Assembly: GCA_963790025.1 (NCBI GenBank) | Contig: CAWBMP010000002.1 | Coordinates: 1-64,000 of the forward strand | Length of the DNA: 64,000 bases | DNA from: Nitrospirota bacterium | Lineage (GTDB): Bacteria > Nitrospirota > Thermodesulfovibrionia > Thermodesulfovibrionales > Dissulfurispiraceae | Reading direction: 5' to 3' | Part shown: positions 29,889 through 40,020 of the stretch, one piece after another | How the letters are laid out: each line of letters begins with the position of its first letter | Position numbering within the stretch: the stretch's first letter is position 1 | Notes under the pieces: generated by a model | What the model saw: only the letters and a program-made list of their open reading frames with translations | Databases searched by the model: none | Told to the model about the DNA's origin: nothing | Program-made: the position numbers and the translations under genes

Positions 29889-30027
29889 AAAGAAAGGTAA
29901 AGGTGAAGATATAGGGATAGGCAGAGGTTCAGGCAAGGTCCGAAACAAAAACATAGCCTCTATTCTTTTTTCTTAACCTTAACCTCAACCTTTACCTGCT
30001 TTTACCCTGCTTTATAGAGGAGGATAT

Positions 30028-31053
30028 ATGGACATTATTGTTCTGCGACCTGAAACTTCTGAAGAAGATGTCAGACATCTTCTTAAAAAACTTGAGAGTA
30101 AAGGACTTAAGGCGAACGTATCGCAGGGGACTGAGCGGACAATTATCGGCGTTATAGGCGATACCTCCAGGGTCACCGAAGATGAAGAAGACGCTATCCG
30201 GGCAATGGTCGGGGTTGAAAATGTCTTACGGATACTGAAGCCTTACAAGCTCGCAAGCCGCGACTTCAAAAAAGAAAACACTGAAATAACCGTAAAAGGC
30301 AATATAATCGGCGGGAAAAAAATTCAGGTCATCGCTGGTCCCTGCGCTGTGGAGAACAACACTATTCTGACGAGCATTGCAGAAAAGGTAAAAGAGGGCG
30401 GAGCAACATTCCTGAGAGGCGGCGCCTATAAACCGAGGACCTCACCCTATTCGTTCCAGGGTCTGGGGCTGGAAGGGCTTAAATATCTTGCCGATGCAAG
30501 CAAGAAAACAGGGCTTCCCGTCGTTACCGAAATTATGGACCCCCGTGACATCGACGGAATTGTTGAATACGCCGACATCATTCAAATAGGAGCGAGGAAC
30601 ATGCAAAATTTCAGACTCCTTCTCGAAGTGGGCGCGGTCAACAAACCGATACTGCTGAAGCGCGGGCTATCCGCCACTATCAAAGAATGGCTCATGTCTG
30701 CCGAATACATAATGTCACGCGGCAACCATAGTGTTATGCTGTGCGAACGTGGTATCAGGACGTTTGAAACTGCTACCAGGAATACGCTTGACCTCAGCGC
30801 CGTACCTGTCCTCAAACAGCTTACCCATCTCCCTGTTGTTGTCGATCCGAGTCACGGTGTCGGGAAATGGGACCTCGTTGCCCCCATGGCAAAAGCCGCT
30901 GTTGCAGCAGGAGCTGACGCTCTTATCATTGAGGTGCATACAAATCCGGAAGAGGCATTTTCAGATGGGGAGCAGTCTCTGCGGCCCGACTACTTTGCAA
31001 AGCTTATGCAGGAATTAAAGCAAGTCGCAAAAGCAGTTGGAAGGGAGATCTGA
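30028..31053 (+). CDS. aroF: DAHP synthase type I-beta with N-terminal regulatory domain
   Basis: [46 protein letters not shown]. Confidence 0.95.
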   Translation: MDIIVLRPETSEEDVRHLLKKLESKGLKANVSQGTERTIIGVIGDTSRVTEDEEDAIRAMVGVENVLRILKPYKLASRDFKKENTEITVKGNIIGGKKIQVIAGPCAVENNTILTSIAEKVKEGGATFLRGGAYKPRTSPYSFQGLGLEGLKYLADASKKTGLPVVTEIMDPRDIDGIVEYADIIQIGARNMQNFRLLLEVGAVNKPILLKRGLSATIKEWLMSAEYIMSRGNHSVMLCERGIRTFETATRNTLDLSAVPVLKQLTHLPVVVDPSHGVGKWDLVAPMAKAAVAAGADALIIEVHTNPEEAFSDGEQSLRPDYFAKLMQELKQVAKAVGREI

Positions 31054-31055
31054 TA

Positions 31056-32078
31056 ATGGGACGGGCTGATCTTGTTATAGCTGAGGCGAGAGGGTTCATG
31101 AAAAGCCGTGTGGTTCTTACTGCTGCGGAATTGAGCTTTTTCACCCGGCTGGACGAAAATCCGTGCGGGGCAGAAGAACTGGCCGTTGAAAAGGGACTTG
31201 ACGTTCGCGCTACGACTCGTGTCCTGGACTGTCTCGTGACCTTCGGTCTCCTGGTGAAACAAAACGGCAAATACATGCCCACAGAAAACGGCGCTTTCTA
31301 TTCGGCCCGTCATCCCGAGACAGTACTGCCGATGGCACTGCACATGAACCGCCTGTGGGACACATGGAGCGGCCTCACGGAAGTTGTGAGAGAAGGCCGA
31401 CTTTCCAACCCGAAGCCCGGCATCCACATGAATGAAGAGAACTTGAAGTCATTCATAGATGCCATGCATGTTGCAGGCCGGGAACTTGCTCAAATAATAG
31501 CCGATGATTATGATCTTGCCCGTTTTAAACGGTTGTTGGATATTGGCGGAGCTTCCGGTACATACTCCATCGCCTTTTTGCGCCGTAACCCGGACATGAC
31601 TGCCGTTGTCTTCGATCTTGAAAATGTCATACCCATGGCCGCAAAAAGGATAGCGAGCGAAGGAATCGGGGACCGTATTGATCTCGTTCCCGGAGACTTT
31701 TACAGGGACGAGCTGCCAGTGGGTTGCGACCTGGCCTTTCTGTCAGCCATCATCCATCAAAATAGTCCTGAAAAGAACCTGCACCTTTATACTAAAATTT
31801 ACAAGGCACTGGAACCTGGCGGAACAATACTTATCCGCGATCACATTATGGACGAATCCCGTACCAAACCGCCTGCAGGCGCAATGTTCGCGATCAATAT
31901 GCTGGTGAACATGCAAGGCGGGGACACCTATACCTTCAACGAAGTCAAAGAAGGACTCGAAAAGGCCGGTTTTTCTTACGTGAGGCAGGTGCGCCACAGC
32001 GAGGGCATGGACTGTCTTGTGGAAGGACGAAAACCTATCATGAATGACCAGCATCCTTTTACTGATAGCAGGTCATGA
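31056..32078 (+). CDS. SAM-dependent O-methyltransferase with dimerisation domain
   Basis: LLDIGGASG, GDFY, SAIIH, L.PGG. Confidence 0.85.
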   Translation: MGRADLVIAEARGFMKSRVVLTAAELSFFTRLDENPCGAEELAVEKGLDVRATTRVLDCLVTFGLLVKQNGKYMPTENGAFYSARHPETVLPMALHMNRLWDTWSGLTEVVREGRLSNPKPGIHMNEENLKSFIDAMHVAGRELAQIIADDYDLARFKRLLDIGGASGTYSIAFLRRNPDMTAVVFDLENVIPMAAKRIASEGIGDRIDLVPGDFYRDELPVGCDLAFLSAIIHQNSPEKNLHLYTKIYKALEPGGTILIRDHIMDESRTKPPAGAMFAINMLVNMQGGDTYTFNEVKEGLEKAGFSYVRQVRHSEGMDCLVEGRKPIMNDQHPFTDSRS

Positions 32079-32085
32079 TAAGTAA

Positions 32086-33081
<996 letters not shown>

Positions 33082-33114
33082 AATCTCTCGACCCGGGTTT
33101 TAAGGAGGTCCTTA

Positions 33115-33444
33115 ATGGGAAAGCGTAAATGCGGTAGCGAAACGGAAAAACAAGTCGGTGAAGAATCGACATGCAAGGAGTGCTTGCTTGATACTTGCTT
33201 AAAATGCGGCAGTAAGGAAGTATTTCTGAAAAATGAGGATTCTGACTATTCTTTATGCAAAGCATGCTGGAAAGAGAAAATAAAAGAGTGCACAGGCAGG
33301 ATGAAAGACAGAGTAAAGCAAATGGAAAATGATGAACGTTTTTTGAGTTGTGATTATTCAATTAATACCGATGCCATTGGCTATGCACTTGAAATAATAC
33401 AACAGGAGCTTGAAAAAATCGAAAGTTCCGTGCCGGGTCTTTGA
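33115..33444 (+). CDS. Small Cys-rich hypothetical protein
   Basis: AAGGAGG RBS; CKEC, CLKC, CKAC motifs. Confidence 0.6.
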   Translation: MGKRKCGSETEKQVGEESTCKECLLDTCLKCGSKEVFLKNEDSDYSLCKACWKEKIKECTGRMKDRVKQMENDERFLSCDYSINTDAIGYALEIIQQELEKIESSVPGL

Positions 33445-33457
33445 TAACAATTAACTG

Positions 33458-34510
33458 ATGGCAACGAGAGACAAAGACATGCAGGCAAACGAGACCGGCC
33501 GACACAGGCTTGAGCGCTTGAAGAAGGTTTGCGACAGCGCGAAGCATGTCCTCATAATAATTTACGCTAACCCTGACCCTGACGCGCTCGCCAGCGCGAT
33601 GGCCCTGAAAACTATACTTGAGACAAAAAAACGCGCTGTCACTATAGGCTATACAGGGGCAATCGGAAGGCCTGAAAACGCCTCTATGATAAGGCAGCTA
33701 AAAATACCCGCATTTCCGATCAGCGAGAAAGAGGCGGCCCGGGCCGACTTTATAGCATTAGTTGACTCCCAGCCACAGTTCTTCACTGACTTCACCCTCC
33801 CTCGCTGCAATATAGTGATTGACCACCATCCCCTCCTGGATATAATTCAGGCCGAGTTTGCCGACATACGGCCCAACTACCTGTCCACTTCGTCCATCAT
33901 GACAGAATATCTGAGGGACGCAGGCGTGCGTCTCAGCAAAAACCTCGCAAGCGCTCTCTTTTACGGGATTAAAACGGATACGCGCCATTTCATGGGGACC
34001 ATGAGCCACGGAGACATGGAGGCAATAAAATGGCTTGGAAGCAGGACTGACAGAGACATTGTCAAGCAGATAGAGTTCTCGCAGTTCTCGCGGGAGAGCC
34101 TGGACTATTTCAGCATCGCACTCGTCAGAAGGCGTTTTTTGAACGGCGTCATGTTCTCATACTTGGGTCCGGTACCGTTCTTCGACGTTTGCGTGCAGGT
34201 AGCGGATTTCTTGATCCGGGTGGAGAACGTATCCTGGGCGCTGGTAAGCGGGGTGGTCGGCGACACGCTGGTGGTAGTTTTCCGAAACGACGGAATCAAG
34301 AAGGACGCCGGCTACCTGGCCCGCACAGCCTTCGGAGACAGAGGCAGCGCAGGCGGTCACGAGTCCATGGGGCGTGCCCAAGTGAGGCAGGATGCCTTGC
34401 CAAGAGGTCTTCTTCTGACGGATGACAGGGGCATAGAGGAATTTGTACTTGGCTCACTCGCAAAGATTGATCCCGTCTTTCTGCCTGTTCTTAAATCTTT
34501 CAGGAAATAG
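33458..34510 (+). CDS. DHH family phosphoesterase
   Basis: NPDPDALAS, LVD, IDHH, GIKTDT, AGGH. Confidence 0.9.
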   Translation: MATRDKDMQANETGRHRLERLKKVCDSAKHVLIIIYANPDPDALASAMALKTILETKKRAVTIGYTGAIGRPENASMIRQLKIPAFPISEKEAARADFIALVDSQPQFFTDFTLPRCNIVIDHHPLLDIIQAEFADIRPNYLSTSSIMTEYLRDAGVRLSKNLASALFYGIKTDTRHFMGTMSHGDMEAIKWLGSRTDRDIVKQIEFSQFSRESLDYFSIALVRRRFLNGVMFSYLGPVPFFDVCVQVADFLIRVENVSWALVSGVVGDTLVVVFRNDGIKKDAGYLARTAFGDRGSAGGHESMGRAQVRQDALPRGLLLTDDRGIEEFVLGSLAKIDPVFLPVLKSFRK

Positions 34511-34593
34511 TTTTCCCCCGGATATCGACTTTACCCAATTTGGGACCGATTCGAAAGGATGAGCAACCGTAGCACAACAGGATGGGTACGCTT

Positions 34594-35097
34594 TTACAAT
34601 TTTTGCGTGCCGGTCACAACAGAGGTGCCTGAACTAAAGATTCTGTTTATTGTCTTCGCAACCGAACTTGGTTCGCTGCTATTTTGTGCCACAGTTTTCA
34701 CCTGGTCGTTTTGAGGCATAGTCTGGACAGAGGCCTGAATATTTCCGGTATCATCGTCTGATTGCGGTGCTGCCTTTGTCTGAACAGCAGGACTATAAGG
34801 CTGTTGCACCTTTGTTTCATCCGAGTCTCCTGGCTTTAAATAACTTTCAACAGTTTTAATATCAACATGCAGTTTCATGGCAATCTCGGAGGCGGAATTT
34901 CCCTCTTGACACAAAAGCTGCACCTGGGCAGTAATCGAGAGGTCCACCTTATCCTCTTTCGGGTTTGCCGGTGACGTTTCTATCTGACCGGTCACAGTAC
35001 TCTTCGCATCCGCCGCCTGAAAAGTATTCTTCGCATCCGCCGTCTGAGGCGGGTTATTTGCGGCCATGCTCTGCAGATTGATATCTGTCACTTGCAT
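34594..35097 (-). CDS. Hypothetical low-complexity protein with DKVDLS motif and HTH-like segment
   Basis: ORF track; preceded by sigma28-type promoter. Confidence 0.65.
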   Translation of the reverse strand: MQVTDINLQSMAANNPPQTADAKNTFQAADAKSTVTGQIETSPANPKEDKVDLSITAQVQLLCQEGNSASEIAMKLHVDIKTVESYLKPGDSDETKVQQPYSPAVQTKAAPQSDDDTGNIQASVQTMPQNDQVKTVAQNSSEPSSVAKTINRIFSSGTSVVTGTQKL

Positions 35098-35148
35098 AGT
35101 ATTTCTCTTTTTACCTTACTTTTCATACTTTTTTTCCTCTCATGTTAT

Positions 35149-35175
35149 TTATCGGATATTAACTGAAAAACTTTA
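35149..35175 (-). promoter_or_regulatory. Sigma28 (FliA)-type promoter
   Basis: Minus strand TAAA-N15-TCCGATAA vs consensus TAAA-N15-GCCGATAA. Confidence 0.7.
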
Positions 35176-35219
35176 GCACAGGGCAAAAAAAAATGTAACA
35201 TCCTGATTTTAAATGTTTT

Positions 35220-35238
35220 AGTCCGGGTCGGGCCACCA
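35220..35238 (+). other. tRNA 3'-end fragment (att-like)
   Basis: AGT-CCGGG-TCGGGCC-A-CCA fits T-loop end, 5-nt T-stem, 7-nt acceptor strand, discriminator and CCA; no 5' half. Confidence 0.55.
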
Positions 35239-35300
35239 CCACTCTTTAATATAAGTAAATAAAGTCAAATTTTCGAAGAAATGGGTAATGCTATTAAGTT

Positions 35301-35795
35301 TCATACGCCTCGTTTGTGAAATAGATCCCACCCCCCGGTGTTTTCATAATAACGGCGGCCTGCCTGAACAAGCTTCTTTCCCTGATAGCCGCTTACCTGG
35401 TATTGAAAACTTTTCCCTATTCTACTGAAAAGACGAAAACCGGAAAGGGAAAGAAAATCCGGCAAATATGGTACAACATAGGCATCGGCAAAATAGAGGG
35501 CGTTCTTGGAGATGCCATAAATATTGGGTGGACAATCGATGAGTACGTAGTCGTACTCCTTCACCTCATCTTTAAGCGCCTCGAAAATGGCAGTATAGTA
35601 TGGTGTGTAACGCATGCCGGAAAGATGGCTGCCCTTGAGCAGCCAAAACGTGGAATTGCACTGGGCGTCAATATCCACTATCAGAACCTTTTTCCTGTGA
35701 TATTTCGCAAGGCAAGCGCCAATGTTGACAACATTGGCAGTATTCCCAACTCCTCCCTTAAAATTGATGAATGCAACAATCCAGGGTTTCTTCAT
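35301..35795 (-). pseudogene. Truncated ParA/Soj-family ATPase
   Basis: FKGGVGNT (Walker A Lys replaced by Asn), VDIDAQ, IDCPP; middle and C-terminus missing (164 aa). Confidence 0.7.
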
Positions 35796-35859
35796 GAATT
35801 TCAGGGTAGTGCAATCTTCTATAAGGTGTCAAGTAGGCAGGGAAATCGGTATATGATAT

Positions 35860-35907
35860 AAAAAGGGGACAGACTGTTTTTGAGCAAAAGCAGCCTGTCC
35901 CCTTTTT
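35860..35907. terminator. Bidirectional intrinsic terminator
   Basis: AAAAAGGGGACAG...CTGTCCCCTTTTT just downstream of the 35919-37373 gene. Confidence 0.8.
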
Positions 35908-35918
35908 CTAAAATGCAG

Positions 35919-37373
35919 TTACAGGGTTTTAATAATTGCCTTCATGGCACTGATCAGGGCATCAATCTGGCTGAAGTCGTTGTAAAGGTGTGTGGAGGCC
36001 CTCAGCGCGTTCCATGTTAAGGAATTCCCTGGAATCGGGTTAAAACTGAGTGTTCTGATGACAATATTATATTTGCTCAACAAGGTGCTTTGGACTGCGG
36101 CTGGCTTGGTCGCGTCCGTCCAGTCACGAAAGGGGTTGAAGCCTGCAATACCACTCATGATCTCCTGAGGAGCATCCGCAGCAGGGGCCAACAGGCTATT
36201 GGCACCCCAGGTAGCCGCGATCTGCTGACGAAGATACCTGCTCATTGCGATGTCCCTGTCCTCAATTTTTTGTTTGCCGATAGCTGTCTGGAAATCCATG
36301 GCATCGCTCATGGCCGCAAATGCAGGCGTGTTAAGCTGTCCCCTGATCTGTAAAATACCGCCTATTGAAGTGTCTAAGCCGGGATACGTGATGTTCAAGT
36401 ATTCGTATGCCTCTGTGAGCATGGGCCAAACATCATTGAGGTTGGGTGAACTGGGAGTAGTCGGAAATTTGCCGGCGGACGGAAGCATCCCGTTGTCTGT
36501 TCCAGGGCGCAGATACAACATGCCGGTCCCGGGAGGAGCGCATAACCATTTGTGACCGGCGCAAGGATAATAATCACAGCCAAGATCGGTCAAGCTGAAA
36601 TTTATCATACCGGGAGCGTGGGCGCCGTCAACTATTGTGATCAGTCCATAGCTGCTCGCCAGGGCACAAAGTGCCTTGACAGGCATTCTCAGTCCGGTCG
36701 TGTAATTAATATGGCTAAATATTAAGGCCTTGACATTGACAGAGGTCTTGATTGCGGCCTGGAATGCATCGACAATTCCCTGGGCACTTACAGCAGGAGT
36801 CGGAAGCGCAATCTCTTTTACAATAATGCCTTTCCTGTCTTGATCGAGTTGGAGCGGAGAGGTTGCAGCGCCATTTTCATGCGTAGTAGTAATAACGGTA
36901 TCGCCGGCCTGGAGGTCGAGCCCGTGAACGACCGCATTCAGTCCCCAGGTCGTGTTGTTGGTGAGAACGATGTTCTCGTAGGAAGGGGCACCGAGGAAAT
37001 CAGCGGCTTTCTGCCTGTTCAGTACCTGGAAAATATTCAGGTTCGTATCATTATTGATAGCATTCCACGGGTTGGACGTAAACAGTTTCGTATATGCGGC
37101 GAAGCTGTCCAAAACGGTCTCGGGTATTGATCCCTCTGTTCCGGTATTCATGTAGATAAGGTCGCCGAGCAAAAACTGCTCTCGCACCTCCCTCCATGTG
37201 CCGGTGCCACTGAAGCTCTGCGTGCTCAGAGCTGCAGCCTTGGAGATTGTCGGAAAGCTGAGCGCCACGCCACCTGCTGTGACGGCAGACACCGCCTTGA
37301 GGAAATCACGGCGGCTGCCCCGAAAATTCATGAGTTTCTCTGTTTCATTCATATCCTTTGACTGGCCTGCCAT
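35919..37373 (-). CDS. Tat-exported class V PLP-dependent aminotransferase-fold enzyme
   Basis: SRRDFLK Tat leader; YMNTGTEG, VDGAH, AGHKWLCAP, RASTHLYN. Confidence 0.85.
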   Translation of the reverse strand: MAGQSKDMNETEKLMNFRGSRRDFLKAVSAVTAGGVALSFPTISKAAALSTQSFSGTGTWREVREQFLLGDLIYMNTGTEGSIPETVLDSFAAYTKLFTSNPWNAINNDTNLNIFQVLNRQKAADFLGAPSYENIVLTNNTTWGLNAVVHGLDLQAGDTVITTTHENGAATSPLQLDQDRKGIIVKEIALPTPAVSAQGIVDAFQAAIKTSVNVKALIFSHINYTTGLRMPVKALCALASSYGLITIVDGAHAPGMINFSLTDLGCDYYPCAGHKWLCAPPGTGMLYLRPGTDNGMLPSAGKFPTTPSSPNLNDVWPMLTEAYEYLNITYPGLDTSIGGILQIRGQLNTPAFAAMSDAMDFQTAIGKQKIEDRDIAMSRYLRQQIAATWGANSLLAPAADAPQEIMSGIAGFNPFRDWTDATKPAAVQSTLLSKYNIVIRTLSFNPIPGNSLTWNALRASTHLYNDFSQIDALISAMKAIIKTL

Positions 37374-37728
37374 AGTTGTTACCTCCCGTGGACATTATTA
37401 TGATGGAACCACAAAACTGCGTCTCCGAAGACAACGCATTTCCTAATATGCAGCCCTTTTTTCCAGGTCTGCCACATTTGAACCATTTGGTGCCGATTCG
37501 AAAGAACAAACAATTATATCATATCAAGGGCTGTGAAAAGTACAGTATGCAAAACAAAAACCTGGACCCATCATTGGTTGTCACCAGGATCGATCCGGGT
37601 TTCCTAGTTCCTTTATGAGGTCAGCAAAGTGCCCGAAAAATTAAGTACCCAAATGAAAACATATTTTATTTCAGATCTAATACAGAATGATGGCAGCCTG
37701 ACTGAAAGCGGCATTGTCGTTTTCTGAA

Positions 37729-37923
37729 TTAACGTTGGCGTGCCGGGACGAACGATATTACCAACTTTCTTTTCAGGGCCTTCGTTACCCTTTCCAGGAA
37801 TTCCAAAGACGGCATTCTTTTATCATTTGGGTTTTCAAGCCGGGCTATGCTCTGCTGCTTTGTGCCTATCCGCTCGACAAGTTCCGCTTGTGATATCTTC
37901 TGGGCCTTCCTTAAAGTGGCAAT
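37729..37923 (-). pseudogene. XRE/Cro-C1 HTH protein remnant lacking a start codon (not in ORF track)
   Basis: Manual translation IATLRKAQKISQAELVERIGTKQQSIARLENPNDKRMPSLEFLERVTKALKRKLVISFVPARQR*; no in-frame ATG/GTG/TTG before the upstream stop. Confidence 0.75.
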
Positions 37924-37990
37924 TCCTTGCCGGGATAAGCAATCATCAAAACCGGAAGCAGGAAAAAGCGAAAAAAGGCAATAAAATCAA

Positions 37991-38010
37991 ACGGAGGGGT
38001 GAGATTCGAA
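37991..38010 (-). other. Degenerate tRNA(Ser-like) 3'-end fragment (att-like)
   Basis: Minus strand TTCGAAT-CTCAC-CCCTCCG; flanked by direct repeat ATTGGAGAC x2 near 38070-38089. Confidence 0.45.
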
Positions 38011-38183
38011 TAGAACGGATTGAAGCACAACTGTTTGATTTCTAAAGCACTCTCGCTCGGCAAAAGCCCATTGGAGACAGATTGGAGACGGCAAGTATTT
38101 ATTGTTCTTCCTCTGCGAGCTTCAAAAGACGCTCACTTCTCCATACACGGTGGCAGTTTCCGTTAAACACTATCGCGCCTTGT

Positions 38184-38351
38184 TCACGGACGCCTGAGGA
38201 ATCTCAAGTAGAAAGCTACGAACACCAAGACAATGCCAATATTCACTGTTAGCCGTTCCCAGAATCGGTTTCTGAAGAACACGAAATCTACACCGACTAT
38301 GACGGCTGCCATCGCCACCACGTAAATCACGACAGCTACCTGTCTGCCCAT
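38184..38351 (-). CDS. Small two-TM membrane protein
   Basis: MGRQVAVVIYVVAMAAVIVGVDFVFFRNRFWERLTVNIGIVLVFVAFYLRFLRRP. Confidence 0.6.
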   Translation of the reverse strand: MGRQVAVVIYVVAMAAVIVGVDFVFFRNRFWERLTVNIGIVLVFVAFYLRFLRRP

Positions 38352-38603
38352 TTCAGGTAAATCCTCTCCGGCTACGCGGCCGACCGGCACCCGCTATTCT
38401 ATGCGGCGTCAACACCAAACCTCAGTCCCACACACGAGCTTAGTATAATTGTAGCACTCATTGGTTGGTTTCTTAAAGGCTTTTTATCGGGCGAGATGTT
38501 TTCTTATCACTGCTGACGATTGCCGATTTCTACCACTTTTGTTTCATTATCCTTTCAAGCAATGAAAATTAAGGGAAAAATGAGTGGGGTCTACCATAGG
38601 ATT

Positions 38604-38800
38604 TATGCAGATGACTATGGCAGCTTTATTCATGTAAGATATGCTTAACGGGGGTGTGGCTTGTGGGGTCAGTGGCCTGTTCATTCAGGCTCACTTGAGT
38701 CTGAAATGCCGCCTCCGTCATCTGCATCATCCTCAAAAGGGTCGACCGGGATGGTGCCAAATGTGGCTCTGTAAGTAGACGAGACCTGAGGATGATAATC
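38604..38800 (+). ncRNA. Predicted IS110 bridge RNA
   Basis: Stems 38605-15/38717-27 and 38726-35/38787-96; loop guides GTGGGGTC (38663-70) and AGTCTGA (38698-704) match target, CGGGATG (38747-53) and GTAGA (38775-79) match donor junction. Confidence 0.8.
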
Positions 38801-38820
38801 TTGTCTGCAAAGGAGACTAC

Positions 38821-40020
38821 ATGAAAAAAGATGATCCCCTCGAACTGCGTGTAAGCGTCGATATTGGCTGCCGCAGTCACAACGTTGCAATCGGCCTATC
38901 CAGCGGTGAAGTCCTCGATGAATTCTCAATCGTGCATGAACCTGAAGGGTTCCGGCAATTCTTCTGTCGCATCGAGAAGCAGGAGCAAAGGTTTAGTTGT
39001 CCCGTTGCCGTAGCAATGGAGGGCTTCAACGGCTACGCACGTCCGCTGGACACGCTCGTTCGGGCCCGCAATTATCGCCTCTTCAATATCAACAATCTCA
39101 AGCTTGCTCGATTCAAGGAGATATTCCCCGGTGCCGCGAAGACCGATGCAATCGACGCAAGGAAAGGACTGGAGCTTTTTCAGCTTCGAGATCATCTGCC
39201 GATAGCCAAGGATGTGCTGCAGGAGGTACGCAAAACGCCGCGGGACAACGACATTCTAAAGCGGCTATCACGGCGCCGACGTCGTTTGGTCGATGAGCGA
39301 GTACGGGTAGTAAACAACCTACAGGCCGATCTTCACGCTGTATGTCCGGGACTTCTGGAGATTACCGGTGAGGCCGACAATATGTGGTTTCTTGGATTTC
39401 TGACCAGCACGGATGACCTTCGCACGCTTGCACGCATGCGGGAAACAACTATCCGCAAGATCCCGGGCATTGGTAAGAAATATGCCTCTGTTATTGTTGA
39501 ATGGCAGAAAACAGCACAGTTTAGTCACGACGTCGAGTGGGTCGGTGAAATGATCCAGGAAGATGCAATCCGCGTGATGGAACTCCATGCCAAGATAAAA
39601 TCACTTGAAGCAAAGATGGAGGGTGTTGCACACGGCTCGGATATTGCGCAAACGCTCGCAACCATTCCAGGATTCGGTTCCATTTGTACATCTGAACTCG
39701 CCGGAGAGATTGGAACTATCGAGCGCTTTGGCAGCGAAGCAAGTCTGGCTCTGTATATTGGGATGGCGAATCTTGACAATAGTTCAGGCAAGCAAAAAGG
39801 ATCAAAACCACCAACGCAGGTTAATACTCGGGCTAAGGCCGCAATGATGGTTGCCGTAGATCGGCACCGAAAACAAGTTCCGCAGTCTCAACAATATTAT
39901 GAGAAAAAAAGAGCTGAAGGCAAGAAACATAACCAGGCACTACGTGCGCTTGGTCGTCATCTTTGCCGTGTTATTTTCAAGATGCTGAAGGAGAACAGAG
40001 GGTACATCTTATCTAAATAA
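38821..40020 (+). CDS. IS110-family DEDD recombinase/transposase
   Basis: SVDIG, AMEG, KTDAIDA (DEDD); TIPGFG; DNSSGK serine motif; ALRALGRHLCRVIFKML; AGGAG RBS. Confidence 0.95.
   Translation: MKKDDPLELRVSVDIGCRSHNVAIGLSSGEVLDEFSIVHEPEGFRQFFCRIEKQEQRFSCPVAVAMEGFNGYARPLDTLVRARNYRLFNINNLKLARFKEIFPGAAKTDAIDARKGLELFQLRDHLPIAKDVLQEVRKTPRDNDILKRLSRRRRRLVDERVRVVNNLQADLHAVCPGLLEITGEADNMWFLGFLTSTDDLRTLARMRETTIRKIPGIGKKYASVIVEWQKTAQFSHDVEWVGEMIQEDAIRVMELHAKIKSLEAKMEGVAHGSDIAQTLATIPGFGSICTSELAGEIGTIERFGSEASLALYIGMANLDNSSGKQKGSKPPTQVNTRAKAAMMVAVDRHRKQVPQSQQYYEKKRAEGKKHNQALRALGRHLCRVIFKMLKENRGYILSK

Noticed and set aside
35170..35238. Complete tRNA gene
   Set aside because: Only the 3' 19 nt fit; no D-arm, anticodon arm or 5' acceptor strand upstream
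37740..38045. 101-aa plus-strand ORF
   Set aside because: Shadow of the minus-strand XRE remnant and att-like sequence
38626..38929. Two short minus-strand ORFs over the IS110 left end
   Set aside because: No recognisable motifs; region is better explained as structured ncRNA plus the transposase start
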